Assembly: GCA_002269645.1 (NCBI GenBank)
Contig: NIVC01000984.1
Coordinates: 186,001-250,000, forward strand
DNA from: Macrostomum lignano
Taxonomy: Eukaryota
Length of the DNA: 64,000 nt
Direction of reading: 5' to 3'
In this document: in pieces, positions 22,899-35,488 of the stretch
How positions within the stretch are numbered: position 1 is the first letter of the stretch
How the letters are laid out: each line of letters opens with the position of its first letter
Notes under the pieces: model-generated
Seen by the model: the letters and a program-made list of their open reading frames with translations, nothing else
Told to the model about the DNA's origin: nothing
The model's database searches: none
Translations under genes and position numbers: made by a program

Positions 22899-25800
22899 CG
22901 GTGCTTTTGTGAACTGGCAGCGTACTCTGTTGTTGTTGTTGTTGTTGTAGATATTCTATTTGGAGACAAAAGTCTAATCAGCTTCAGAGCTTATAATTGC
23001 CATCATGTTACTTATTTCAAGTAGTAGATAGCAACTTAAGAATAGCCCTAAGATTGGGAGAATTCAATCCATTCTCAAAGAATGAGATACCTAGAATTAG
23101 AATCTGAGAAATTGCCTTTAGAAGGCAGAAATCCTACCAAAGAATAGAATAGTCTAGACTCTAAGAAACCTGCCTCAAGGCAGAAAACCTAGCAAGTAAA
23201 CTATGAACCTTTGATCCTAGGAATACCAAAAAATGAGAGAACAAAAATCCTTAGAGGAGTATAAGGATAGAGTAGACAGTGCTATAAGACTGCTTAGGCT
23301 AGAAATATAGTATATATACATACACTATTATATACATGCCCAATACCTGTCCAACCCATATGAACTAGATGGGTGAAATGGTTACCGGCCAAGTTAATTT
23401 CCAAAATCGAAAATACAAAAATGAAAAATTGGGGGAAGAAAGAAAGGAGATGAAGATAAAAGGAGAATAAAAGAATACAAGAGAGAGGGGGAAAGGAAAG
23501 AGAAAAAAAGAGAAGAAAAGAGAAAAAGGCAAGAAAAGTCATATACAAAGTGAAAATTAAGTCACATTCGAGGGAACTAAGTTGCAATTGAGAGGAACTA
23601 GGTCACAAATATGGACAAAACTAAGTCATACTAGACGGGTGAAATTTTGAGGTTAGGCATATATGCACTACCAATAAATTCATACGCTACCAATAAAAGT
23701 ACATAACTAACAGCAGTAAGATCATTTCAGAGGATAGAAAATATCCCTATTACAACATTTGGTATCAGCAACAGAATAATTTAAATAGAGAGCAATCACT
23801 AGTACAACAACTTGGTGATAGATTAATCATTTGGGTGACAAGACATTTTGATAACAGTTGTTTCAGTGATAAGAAAGTCATTTCAATAACAAGAAATATA
23901 CCCTTTGGTGATAGCCATTTCATTTTTAAATAGTAAAATTACTTGCAAATCTTAAGGGATATCAAACCTTACCTTTTTGTAATTTTCTGCAATAGCTGAA
24001 TATTGGTTTATTTAATTTTGTTTATTTACAATTCCAAGTTGTGATCTTTTGAATTTATATGTTTTCCAATCCAATTCCAATTGTGTCTAGTGAATATCTC
24101 TGTTTTTCTTGTAGTCAGCATTTCATTTCATGAAGATTCTCTATAGATCCTTATTGGAATAAGTTGACAAAACGCGGACGACTGTCCATTGCATTTTCGG
24201 ATTCTCCTGGTATTGTATCGCGCAACAATGGTGTCAAATGGTGTGTCGCATTGCGTTACACTGTGGAAACCTAGTGTCATCATGCGTCGCATCGCGCAAC
24301 GCAACAGTGTGGCAACTTGGCGGCTGGCATTGTCATGTGTCGTGTTGCGGCCTGAATCTGTAGCAAAAACCTTGCAAACTGTGTTTCATTGTAATCTGTT
24401 CATGGTTGTTTCTCGGTATTTAAATGTTTTAGACATATTTGATAATAACTAGTTCTTGAATTGTTCTTTTTTATTTTGATAGTAAAGTAACTAATACTTC
24501 AAATATAATGACTATTTGTCACCAAAATGTGTCACTGAAATGACTTGTCACTGAAACAACTTGGTACCAAAATGACTAAGCGTATTTTACCTTTGGTAAT
24601 AGCTATAGAACAATTCTACAACCAAGGCAAAAGGGACTCCTATATCACTTCTTTTGTATATTTATTTTCCATTAAGTGAGATATTTCACTTGAAAACTAT
24701 ACACTGTTTTAGAGTTGTTCACTAAATCAGGATAAGCAAATTGTTATTAACAAATTACAAGTTTATAAGTTTGGCAAGCAAATATTATAGATAGACCTAA
24801 TTCAAATCCTTACGGCAAACTATAACAGGTGTTTATAGGAGGCCTAATCCTATCTAATATCCTAGGTATTTATTATAATATTCTATATAGTCTATATGAG
24901 GTTCTACAAGATATTGGTAAATATAGTGCTAAAACTAAAGAATAGATTATATTACAGTATTTATAATTAAATCATTTTTGTCTTTAAAAATCCAATTTAA
25001 AATCAACCCTGATGCTTAGCTCAATGCTGTCAGCTATTAGGAGCTATTGAAAAACAAAGTGCCACCATGGCTAAATCAGCACTACCCAAGGGACCAATAT
25101 AGATTATATATATAATATTCTAGAAACAGCAAGATGGTGCACTTTCATATACTGCAATAACCAAATAGACCTTCCTGTGAGAAAATACTTTGGCTAATTA
25201 TTAGCCAAAGGACTTCTGGTCATCTTAATCTACTGGAATATTATTTCTAAGTACAAGTAGAGCACAATGTGTTCATTCTTTAGAATGAGCAGTGCAATTA
25301 TACAAAAGAAACGAAAATTCCGAAATATTTGTAATTTTGTGTAAATAAGTACTTTTTAAATTTTATTTAGAATCAGAAAATTAACAAATGCCACGTATGC
25401 AATTTAACGAATAGGAAAAATCAAAATGGTTTCTAGTCTATGGGCATGAAGTTTTATCACCTTCGATGCTCACCGTTCAGTTTTAATTTCGCTTTTTTTG
25501 TTTTTTTGGAATACAAGTTGAAATGAAATTTGCAACGACTCTATAAGAATCTGTCAAAAGTTAATTATTAATTAATAATTTTATTTAATATTATAAAGGT
25601 AATAGTACAGGGGTCCTTGCGTCTAATTTCCTACACCAGTCAACCAGTTTTAGCATTTTACATCATTAGTTTTGACCGTTTGATTCAATAAAACGAATCA
25701 GGCCATGCTCGGTGCTCGCCCATGCAACATTTCGACGTTCTCCGACGTACATGTACATTATCCGACGTACCCGAAGCAGGGACGACTGTACAGTTATATA

Positions 25801-28779
25801 CAGTGGTCCTTGACCCAAAGTTGATGGACGTCGCTGGTGAATAGGTATTTTATAGTGCGCCAGATGACGACGTTTCCCATTTCCCAGTGACATACATATA
25901 TGTACATGTAAGCCGACGTCGGATAGCTGTACATACATGACATCGTCGTCTATTACATGTATGTACATGCATGTAGTTGCACCACTTTAGCATGCAGTCC
26001 TCAATTATGCTAAGCAGAAATTAAAGGCATTAAATATTGATATATGTCTTATATGTACATGTACATATAGTATATATGGGGCCGAGAATATAGAGCCTAT
26101 CTGCATGTAGGCATCATATTTATATGGGTCCAAATAGCAAAATGTTATAGACAAGTTTTAATGCTAAAAGGTTATAGGGAGCTGGCCACATCATCTCATC
26201 TGACGATTGAGGACTTCGCTAAAAAAATTATTGCACGTAACTGTTTTACTACATGTAAATGTACATTTTTAGTTGCTGGCTGCGACAGGATCACAGAAGT
26301 ACACAATGTCTTTTCTCAATACTTGGACATGTACGTATACACTCGTACATGTTCATACTTAATTACAAGAGCAGCCATAATTGAAATAAAAATGTACATT
26401 TTTCATTTACATGTATACTTATCGTTTATTCTCCTCTATAATTTCCTGCTATTTTGAGTCTAGCCTAGTTATACATTATATACGCTACTTGAAAACTGCA
26501 TACAGACTTACATATGTACATAATGTAACATGTACATTAAACAATAAAGCAGGATTAAGAGCATACATTGGTTAGCAAACTTTGACAAGCAAGCTTTTCC
26601 CACAAACAATTGTCGTACTCCGTGTGCGGGCTAAAAGTCTCGCCTGCGACGCCAAAAGGAGTGGGGTGTCCATGTGCATGTACATGCGTAGTCCTAGAAA
26701 ATGGGATCAGTACGCTATATATATGCTCTTTTATTAGTTTCAAGAAATTAGTTAGTTAGTTAATTAGTTTCAAGAATTAGTTTCAAGAAATACTTTTACA
26801 TTTATTTTAATGGCCTCTTCCTACTACGAGTATAAAAGCCATTGCTCTTGTGTTCACCAAAAAGTTCCTCAATATCTTACATGTTACATACTCGTACATA
26901 CGTAACAGTATTTTTATTTAGCTACCGCAACTTGCTCGTAAATCAACCTAATAATAATACTGTGTTTACACAGTGCAACTGTGTTTTTTATTGATTGCTG
27001 CTGTCGTCAGCTGTGACGTGTGTCGATAAACAAGTATTTATATATCATGCAAATGTGAGTTGTCACCCTTGCTCAAGGTGATAAATATCAGATAATGCAT
27101 GTGTTACTCAGAATATGCTGGCTACTTATAGTCGCACACAGCGAGTGAGATTCAAAACGCCATTCTGTCCCATATTACTTGCCTAAGCTGCCTGGTCAGG
27201 CAAGGCGGTTTTCAACATTTTCAACCGGTTATGCTAAAGCAATTAATCAATATACGCTTGTGTGCACTGAAATTCTGCGCGACAGCAAACCGCGTGTCCG
27301 TGGGCGAACAGATCGAAGGGGGTTCCAGGGGTTCCGCAGTCGAACGCCGATGCGTCAGAAAAAATCCCAGTCGAGTTGAAGCTACAGAATCCCCTAGGCG
27401 TGCCCATGGTATATATAAGCTCTCAAAACAGACCGCGCGTAGTCGGAAAAAATCCAGAAGATTTTGAGGAAGTGCCCAGCATTGAACGCTGGCTCCCAGT
27501 TTGGTTGACTGTCTGGTCTATAAAATCCGTTGTTGTTCCCTCCCCGCGGTGGCTGGCTGGGCGGCCAACCCCTGCGGCCATAGACATAGGGCAAGTCGCC
27601 CGCGGCCTATATAATTCTTCAACTGTTTACTCCGCCCCACCGGACCATTGCAGCCCCAATATATTTGCATTCGGCCTTGCAGTTGCACTCGGACTTGAAA
27701 GCCGAGGGACCAAGAGAAAGAGGGGGAGGGGGCGTTATGATGTAGAACAACAACAGAATTCATCAGCTGCTGCGGCGCAACACACACTCTCCTTCCCGTG
27801 ACTTTTGCTTGGAATTTCTTTATATACTTTTTTTCTGCTTTAAGGCGCTGTGTTCAAAACGCGCTTACAGCAAAAATGCAGATAGATAAAGAAGGGAGAG
27901 AGGCATCAACCCCCACGCAGAGCCAACTGGCGCTCTGCAATATAATTTTGACAGGGATTTAGTCCCTTCGGATTCGGGAGATTCTCTGTTTTTCAAAAGC
28001 CACGGAACTGCACTTTAATAGCGCGGCGATCTGTTGGTGGCAGCATCAATTTTTTTACCGATTGTGCAGCTGCGCATTCTTGTTATGCCCGCAGTTGTTT
28101 TGTTTCCCTGCGCAAGTTGATTGACTAAAAAAGGCAAACCTGTGCTAAAGCGATTCAGTTTTGATAGGCATCGGGCTTCGACAAAATCCGAGAAGATTGT
28201 GCAGCAATTTGACTTGTCAGGCTTAGCTAGATCGAACAGCCGATCTTGGATGACTGGCGTCTACTTTACCTGTTGAAGGGCATTTCTAGAATTTTGATGG
28301 TCAAAACCTTTTTGAGACATTTTGATCAAATAAGTTTTGAGGACTACTCCATTGGGAAACTACGTTTCTTAGAAACTGTTTATGACACTGGTTTTCGCCG
28401 AGAAATACACTATGGAGATAGGAAGTTTTTATTTTTTCAGCACAAAAATTGTTATTGCTTTCGATAGGAGGCAGACCCAATGTTCATCTTTAGATAAGTT
28501 GTGCCTTTTTTATAGCTCAACAATTGCATACAATTGCATATGTTCTGTGCCTAAAATCATTAAAATGGCACGGCTCAGCTCATTGGTTTTATGAATATAT
28601 TTTGTCATTCTTAGCTGACTGTAACAATATGTGCATCAGAGATGATAAAATGGATTCATAAACCAAAGAGTCGACCAAAAGTGCCATGCATTTTTATGAT
28701 TTTTAGGTACAGGAATTGTACGTGTGGAATAAAAAATTGACATTGATAATTGATGGAGGACCTTGGCGCAGCAGCACCT

Positions 28780-29070
28780 TCAGCGACATCGTCTCACAAC
28801 CAGTGCTGAGGCAATTCAGCCCATTTCACTGACTCCTGAGCACACACAAGCGCGCCAGTGCTGTACGCAGGCACAGCACTCATGCAAACGCTCACACAGG
28901 GTGTACAGCGGCCCTGGCTTCCTAATCGTCAGGCATGTACACTCTCTGTGCCTTGGTGATGGACCCTCCCATTTTTCGCGCACAAGCCTCAAATGAATGC
29001 GACCGGACACGGAATCAAACCAGGGGGGGGGGGGTTGCGACGCGAGAGTCAAGACGAGGCAAGGCGTTGA
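28780..29070 (-). mobile_element. tRNA-related SINE, copy A
   Basis: B-box-like GGTTTGATTCC (29021-29011); body matches 33285-33512 and 40015-40380. Confidence 0.7.
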
Positions 29071-29378
29071 CAGCCGAGCTGCTCTCTGCCCCTTTGTGGC
29101 CTGGATGAGGGTTTGGCAGATTGAGATCCAGGGGCGGCGGATGTACTGTTGACCAGCTGATGATCAGCGAATTAACTCCGATAACGGTAAGGCCCCCCTA
29201 GAGCTAAGCAGACTTTAGCTTGACAAGATTCTATAGAACCTATAGCTGGACTAAGAGATTACCAAAATCCGACTGTTTTCTTAGAGCCGCGGCAACAAAA
29301 ATTGATTTGCGATTGGCGTTTCGAACACAACGTAGTCTGCCAATAATCCCTCTCGTAAACCGGTTGTAGGGGGTCTAG

Positions 29379-30423
29379 AATTTATTCTTAGCAAAACAGC
29401 GCAGTGCAAACTGTGCAACAGGTTCTGCTGACGAAAATACTATAAATTTTAGTGCAAAAGCGATAGAAGAAACATTGCTAAAGCACCTAAGAGTACTACA
29501 CTTGTCAATGCCTTCCGATTGCTGGCTTTTGGCTTTCAAAATTCGCACTAAGCTTCTACTTGGCATGAAAAAAAATGTTTATTGGCTTCGGCCTTGCGTG
29601 CACTCGTCCCTCTCCTTACAGAAGTTCGATGATGAAGGTTTGCGAAATGCCAACCAACCCGGGACAGCTTCTGATGAAGGAGACTTAACTCACTATAGTA
29701 GGGCAGTGAGTAAAAAATTCCACACATCTCTTCACTGTCTTATTTCTCAGCTTCAAGAAAAGCTCCGTCAGTTCAACCAAGGAGGCCCTGAACCAGAGCA
29801 ACTGTTCAGCTTACGCAACATAGATAAGCGAGCGTCTGGGTCATCTTTTAATAAACGATTTTTTTTCGGGCTAGACATGCATAAATTAGTAAATTATCAT
29901 TTTTTGACTAATTATTTCTACAGTGGCGGATGCAGACAAATTCGTTCGAGAAACATTCCGATTTCTTTAGAGCAGGAGTCCCGCAAACTTTTTTACCTCA
30001 AGGGCAAGATTCACAGAATCGGAGAGGGAGATAGGAGGAGACAGAGGAGAGATGGGAGAGAAGGTGAGGCTCGGGAGAGGAGAGAGAAAAGAAAGAGAGC
30101 TGAGAAGAGATACGGCGGGCCGGATTGCTATTGTGAAGCGGGTAGGTTTCACAAACGCAAAACTGCACAACTGCACAAACACGAAACTTCACAGTCGCTA
30201 AGTTTTTTGCACTTACTTTCATATACGGCAGTCTTTTTAGCGGTTGTGGAGTTTCGCGGTTGTGAAAGCAACCCTTGTGAAGCTTCAAAGGACCCGAGGG
30301 CCGGATAGAGAGATTTGGCGGGCCGCGAGTGACCGGATTTTGCCGACCCTGGCTTTAGAGCTATATAGTCGTCTGCTTCGAAAGACACGGAAACATATAC
30401 GTTCTAAAAGTCTAAACGACTAG
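29379..30423 (+). pseudogene. Unknown ORF or spliced coding segment interrupted by a hAT MITE
   Basis: Frame open from 29379. Removing the MITE and one TSD restores NIPISLE-LYSRLLRKTRKHIRSKSLND*. A clear 45-nt GTGAGT..TTTCTCAG intron-like segment lies at 29706-29750. No recognisable family. Confidence 0.3.
29973..30352. mobile_element. 380-bp hAT (Charlie-type) non-autonomous element
   Basis: 8-bp TSD CTTTAGAG at 29965-29972 and 30353-30360. Imperfect TIRs CAGGAGTCCCGCAAA and (C)CAGGGTCGGCAAAA. CGGCCCGC subterminal motif. Confidence 0.85.
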
Positions 30424-31109
30424 CTCATAGCTTCCAAAAGAGAACAAGTATATGAAAATCTGCTCAACCGAACGCCGACGCAGAAACTGTCTCATCAAAG
30501 AAGAGCATATTTTGTGTGTTAAGTAAAAAGATGCCAGTCAGCCTAAAGCTGTCTGAAAGTGGTAAGGTTTGGAGAAGAGTGGCTACTCCAGATTCTGGTT
30601 CTGGGCCTCCTTGATCCAACGTAAAAGAGGATTTTCAACTCTTGAAAGCCAATGCAGGTCGAAGAGTTCTCTCTCCTCTCTCTCTCCTCCTATGGCCCTA
30701 GCTGAGGCTCCCTCTATGATTAAATTCTGGCCTAAGGTCTTGGCCAATAGGGACAGCCGGGATCCTCTGGCCTAAGTCCGCCTCGATCGCTTTACTTCCT
30801 TTCCATCGAAACTCCTCTCTCGCGTCAAGCGGCGCCCGACTCTTCATAACCACGGCTCACATGCCTCTATCTCCTTCCTAGCGGGAGAATGCCGACTGCA
30901 GTACTGAGCTTACTAAAATCGGGAAGTTGAGCCTCATAATTTGATCCCCTTACACACGCGCACAGACACAGGAACTAAGCTGCACTGTCAAAGGTCCTGC
31001 TTTGTCAACACTTCAGGTAAGACTGGCGCCCACTGATTCAATGCAAGGATAGAGAGACCAATAAAGCTGTTTCAAATAGAAAAATGAACCTTTATCAAGA
31101 CGGAAGACA

Positions 31110-32660
31110 GCGGTGGCTATGGAAGGTGCTAAGAGAGGACAGCGGTGGCTATGGAAGGGGCTAAGAGAGGACACCGCGAAGGATTAGAGAGAGAGAGGAC
31201 AGCGGTGCTCACCGAAGGATTAGAGAGAGAGGACAGCGGTGCTCACCGAAGGATGAGAGAGAGGACAGCGGTGCTCACCGAAGGATTAGAGAGAGAGGAC
31301 AGCGGTGCTCACCGAAGGATTAGAGAGAGAGAGGACAGCGGTGCTCACCGAAGGATGAGAGAGAGGACAGCGGTGCTCATCGAAGGATTAGAGAGAGAGG
31401 ACAGCGGTGCTCACCGAAGGATTAGAGAGAGAGGACAGCGGTGCTCATCGAAGGATTAGAGAGAGGACAGCGGTGCTCACTGAAGGATTAGAGAGAGAGG
31501 ACAGCGGTGCTCATCGAAGGATTAGAGAGAGAGGACAGCGGTGCTCATCGAAGGATTAGAGAGAGAGGACAGCGGTGCTCACCGAAGGATTAGAGAGAGA
31601 GGACAGCGGTGCTCATCGAAGGATTAGAGAGAGAGGACAGCGGTGCTCATCGAAGGATTAGAGAGAGAGGACAGCGGTGCTCACCGAAGGATTAGAGAGA
31701 GAGGACAGCGGTGCTCACCGAAGGATGAGAGAGAGAGGACAGCGGTGCTCACCGAAGGATTAGAGAGAGAGGACAGCGGTGCTCACTGAAGGATTAGAGA
31801 GAGAGGACAGCGGTGCTCACCGAAGGATTAGAGAGAGAGGACAGCGGTGCTCACCGAAGGATGAGAGAGAGGACAGCGGTGCTCACCGAAGGATTAGAGA
31901 GAGAGGACAGCGGTGCTCACCGAAGGATTAGAGAGAGAGGACAGCGGTGCTCACCGAAGGATTAGAGAGAGAGGACAGCGGTGCTCACTGAAGGATTAGA
32001 GAGAGAGGACAGCGGTGCTCACTGAAGGATTAGAGAGAGAGGACAGCGGTGCTCACCGAAGGATTAGAGAGAGAGGACAGCGGTGCTCACCGAAGGATGA
32101 GAGAGAGGACAGCGGTGCTCACCGAAGGATTAGAGAGAGAGGACAGCGGTGCTCACCGAAGGATTAGAGAGAGAGAGGACAGCGGTGCTCACCGAAGGAT
32201 GAGAGAGAGAGGACAGCGGTGCTCATCGAAGGATTAGAGAGAGAGAGGACAGCGGTGCTCATCGAAGGATTAGAGAGAGAGGACAGCGGTGCTCACCGAA
32301 GGATTAGAGAGAGAGGACAGCGGTGCTCACCGAAGGATTAGAGAGAGAGGACAGCGGTGCTCACCGAAGGATGAGAGAGAGGACAGCGGTGCTCACCGAA
32401 GGATGAGAGAGAGGGCAGCGGTGCTCATCGAAGGATTAGAGAGAGAGGACAGCGGTGCTCACCGAAGGATGAGAGAGAGGACAGCGGTGCTCACCGAAGG
32501 ATTAGAGAGAGAGAGGACAGCGGTGCTCACCGAAGGATGAGAGAGAGGACAGCGGTGCTCACCGAAGGATTAGAGAGAGAGGACAGCGGTGCTCACCGAA
32601 GGATTAGAGAGAGAGGACAGCGGTGCTCACCGAAGGATTAGAGAGAGGACAGCGGTGCTC
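31110..32660. repeat. ~34-bp minisatellite (GA)nGGACAGCGGTGCTCACCGAAGGATTA
   Basis: About 45 units with variable GA count and internal palindrome CGGTG-CT-CACCG. Confidence 0.95.
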
Positions 32661-33284
32661 TTAGCTAAAGTCTGAGAGTTTGTAAAAAAGACGAGCTGAG
32701 CAAACAGATGCGGTACGAGTACCTGGGGCGGGGGCTGATGTACAGGGCTGCTTCAGCCAGCCTCAACTCGTATCGGCTGTTTTAGGTCGACTTGAGTCCT
32801 TATCGAACTGTAATCTCGGCTAGCTTAGGTTGCATTTGTACAGGAATTTTTTGGAGGAGAAGAAAATTTACCTGGCAACGAATTCAGGATTTCTTAGAAA
32901 TTGACTGCCTTTTTCTTTACTTTTCTGCCACTCGGGGCAACTGCAAACCACGTGCGGGTGTTCTCCGGTGATCGAGGAGCCATCCTCAAGCTTAGCTCCT
33001 TGCGGTCTGGATGCTTCGGCTTCCCAGACGTATTGATGAAGCGACACTGGGAGGCTGCAGAGGAAGACAGAATGATCAATGGCCTGAGCAATATCCTGCT
33101 TTCTTTCTTCGCTATGCATCATCATATTCTTCCCATATGGGAAATGAACTCATAGACTAGAGGCTTTATCAAGGCTCCTGATGGTCTTTGCTTTATGGGC
33201 GAATGATGCTCGCTCCCTGCGCTTTCCTTACCGGATTTCCCGTGTTTTCCCTCTGCTCTTTGCTGCTCAAATTCGTTGATTATT

Positions 33285-33512
33285 CTCAGTCTTCACTCGC
33301 TCTGATTCTCGCGCGACGACCCTTGGTTCGATTTTGAGTTGAGGCTTGGGCGCGAATATTGGCCGGGGGGGGGTTGTCGTACACGCCTGACGACTCGAAA
33401 GTCAGGGCTGCTGTACACCCTGTGTGAGCGTGTGCATGAGTGCGTGCCTGAGTACAGCATTGGCGCGCTTGTGTGTGCTCAGGAGTCTGCGGAATGGCTG
33501 TGAGGCGACGTC
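33285..33512 (+). mobile_element. tRNA-related SINE, copy B
   Basis: GGTTCGATT at 33325; body CTGTACACCCTGTGTGAGCG..GGCGCGCTTGTGTGTGCTCAGGAGTC matches copy A in reverse complement. Confidence 0.7.
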
Positions 33513-34419
33513 AGCCACATCCATCTCTTGATAATTATGATTATTCCCACCCAGTCTTCAATCCAGTCTCTACCCGCCAACAATTTCGGCAGGGGTCCAT
33601 AAATTTCGGCATCTAACCGTGATAAACCCGTGGCGTCACTCTGATCACATCTGATAAGCAGGTCTTCGCCTCTGCTCATTTGCATATCTGAGCAGGTCGA
33701 CTAGAAAAAGTGACTCAGCCTTCATCTCCAGAATCTTCAGAAGTCGTTGAAGCGTTAAGCTGTGATGGGGATTATTGGGGGCGTGGATTTGAAGGCATTC
33801 GTCATATTGGGGCTTTGAAGGGATTTTAGGCAGAGAGCAGACCGCCCCTGTAACCATGCCAATGAAGCCCGCTTCTGCCTTCATCTCGCAGTAGGCTCCC
33901 ACAGGACCCCAGCTGCCTCGCCTCATCTCCCCTGTCGAGGCATTCGCTTCCTTTTTTATTTTTCTCCCAACAACCCGCTCCCTCCTCTCTCTCTCCTCTA
34001 GCCAGACATTTTACTCTGGTTTCTCTGTCGGCCCGCCCCCTTCCGCCCACTCGACTCTCTTTAACCGGACTGAACCGTCAACGAGGTAAATTGAATTTTT
34101 GAGTCCTCCCCTCGCTGAGCAGACGAGTGACTCACCCGAAGCGTGATTTGATGAGTGCGGGCCTCACTGAGTCAAACTGGCTTCATGTTCTGCGGCTGCA
34201 CTGCCTTATTCTGCAGTGAGCTTTTCTGAGGTCGCTTGACCGCGGGCTTGACGGGGTTTGCGTGAGGCGCTCGACAAACTCGACAGCTTTATTGCCTCGG
34301 GTGAGCGGGGCGGGAGACTTCAGCTGTCCCAGGCGTCAATCCTGATTGCGTAAGAATTCCCATAGTTTAGCGTCACTTTCAACTAGGCTGTGTCTGGTGC
34401 TGGGAATAAAGGAAACCCG

Positions 34420-35462
<1,043 letters not shown>

Positions 35463-35488
35463 AAAGACAAACCCTCACGCCCCCGACA

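Larger units (their letters stand above)
21738..22947 (+). mobile_element. RTE-clade non-LTR retrotransposon insertion, 5'-inverted/internally deleted, 10-bp TSD
   Basis: TAGATATTCT at 21728-21737 and 22948-22957. RT motifs GVLQGDTLAPFLF and YADD; RTE C-terminal motifs LLYNTETWTL and RRRRLQLAGHVIR. (TGT)n 3' tail at ~22929-22947. Confidence 0.92.

Noticed and set aside
27376-27801. ORFs at 27376-27801 (+) and 27394-27787 (-)
   Set aside because: Short, no domain, and no consistent splice or start context.
29150-29200. Hammerhead core at CTGATGA
   Set aside because: Part of the palindrome GCTGATGATCAGC; no stem II, GAAA or NUH arrangement follows.
31110-32660. CRISPR-like array (palindromic ~34-bp repeat)
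   Set aside because: No unique spacers (units abut directly), no cas genes, eukaryotic context. The same applies to all other arrays.
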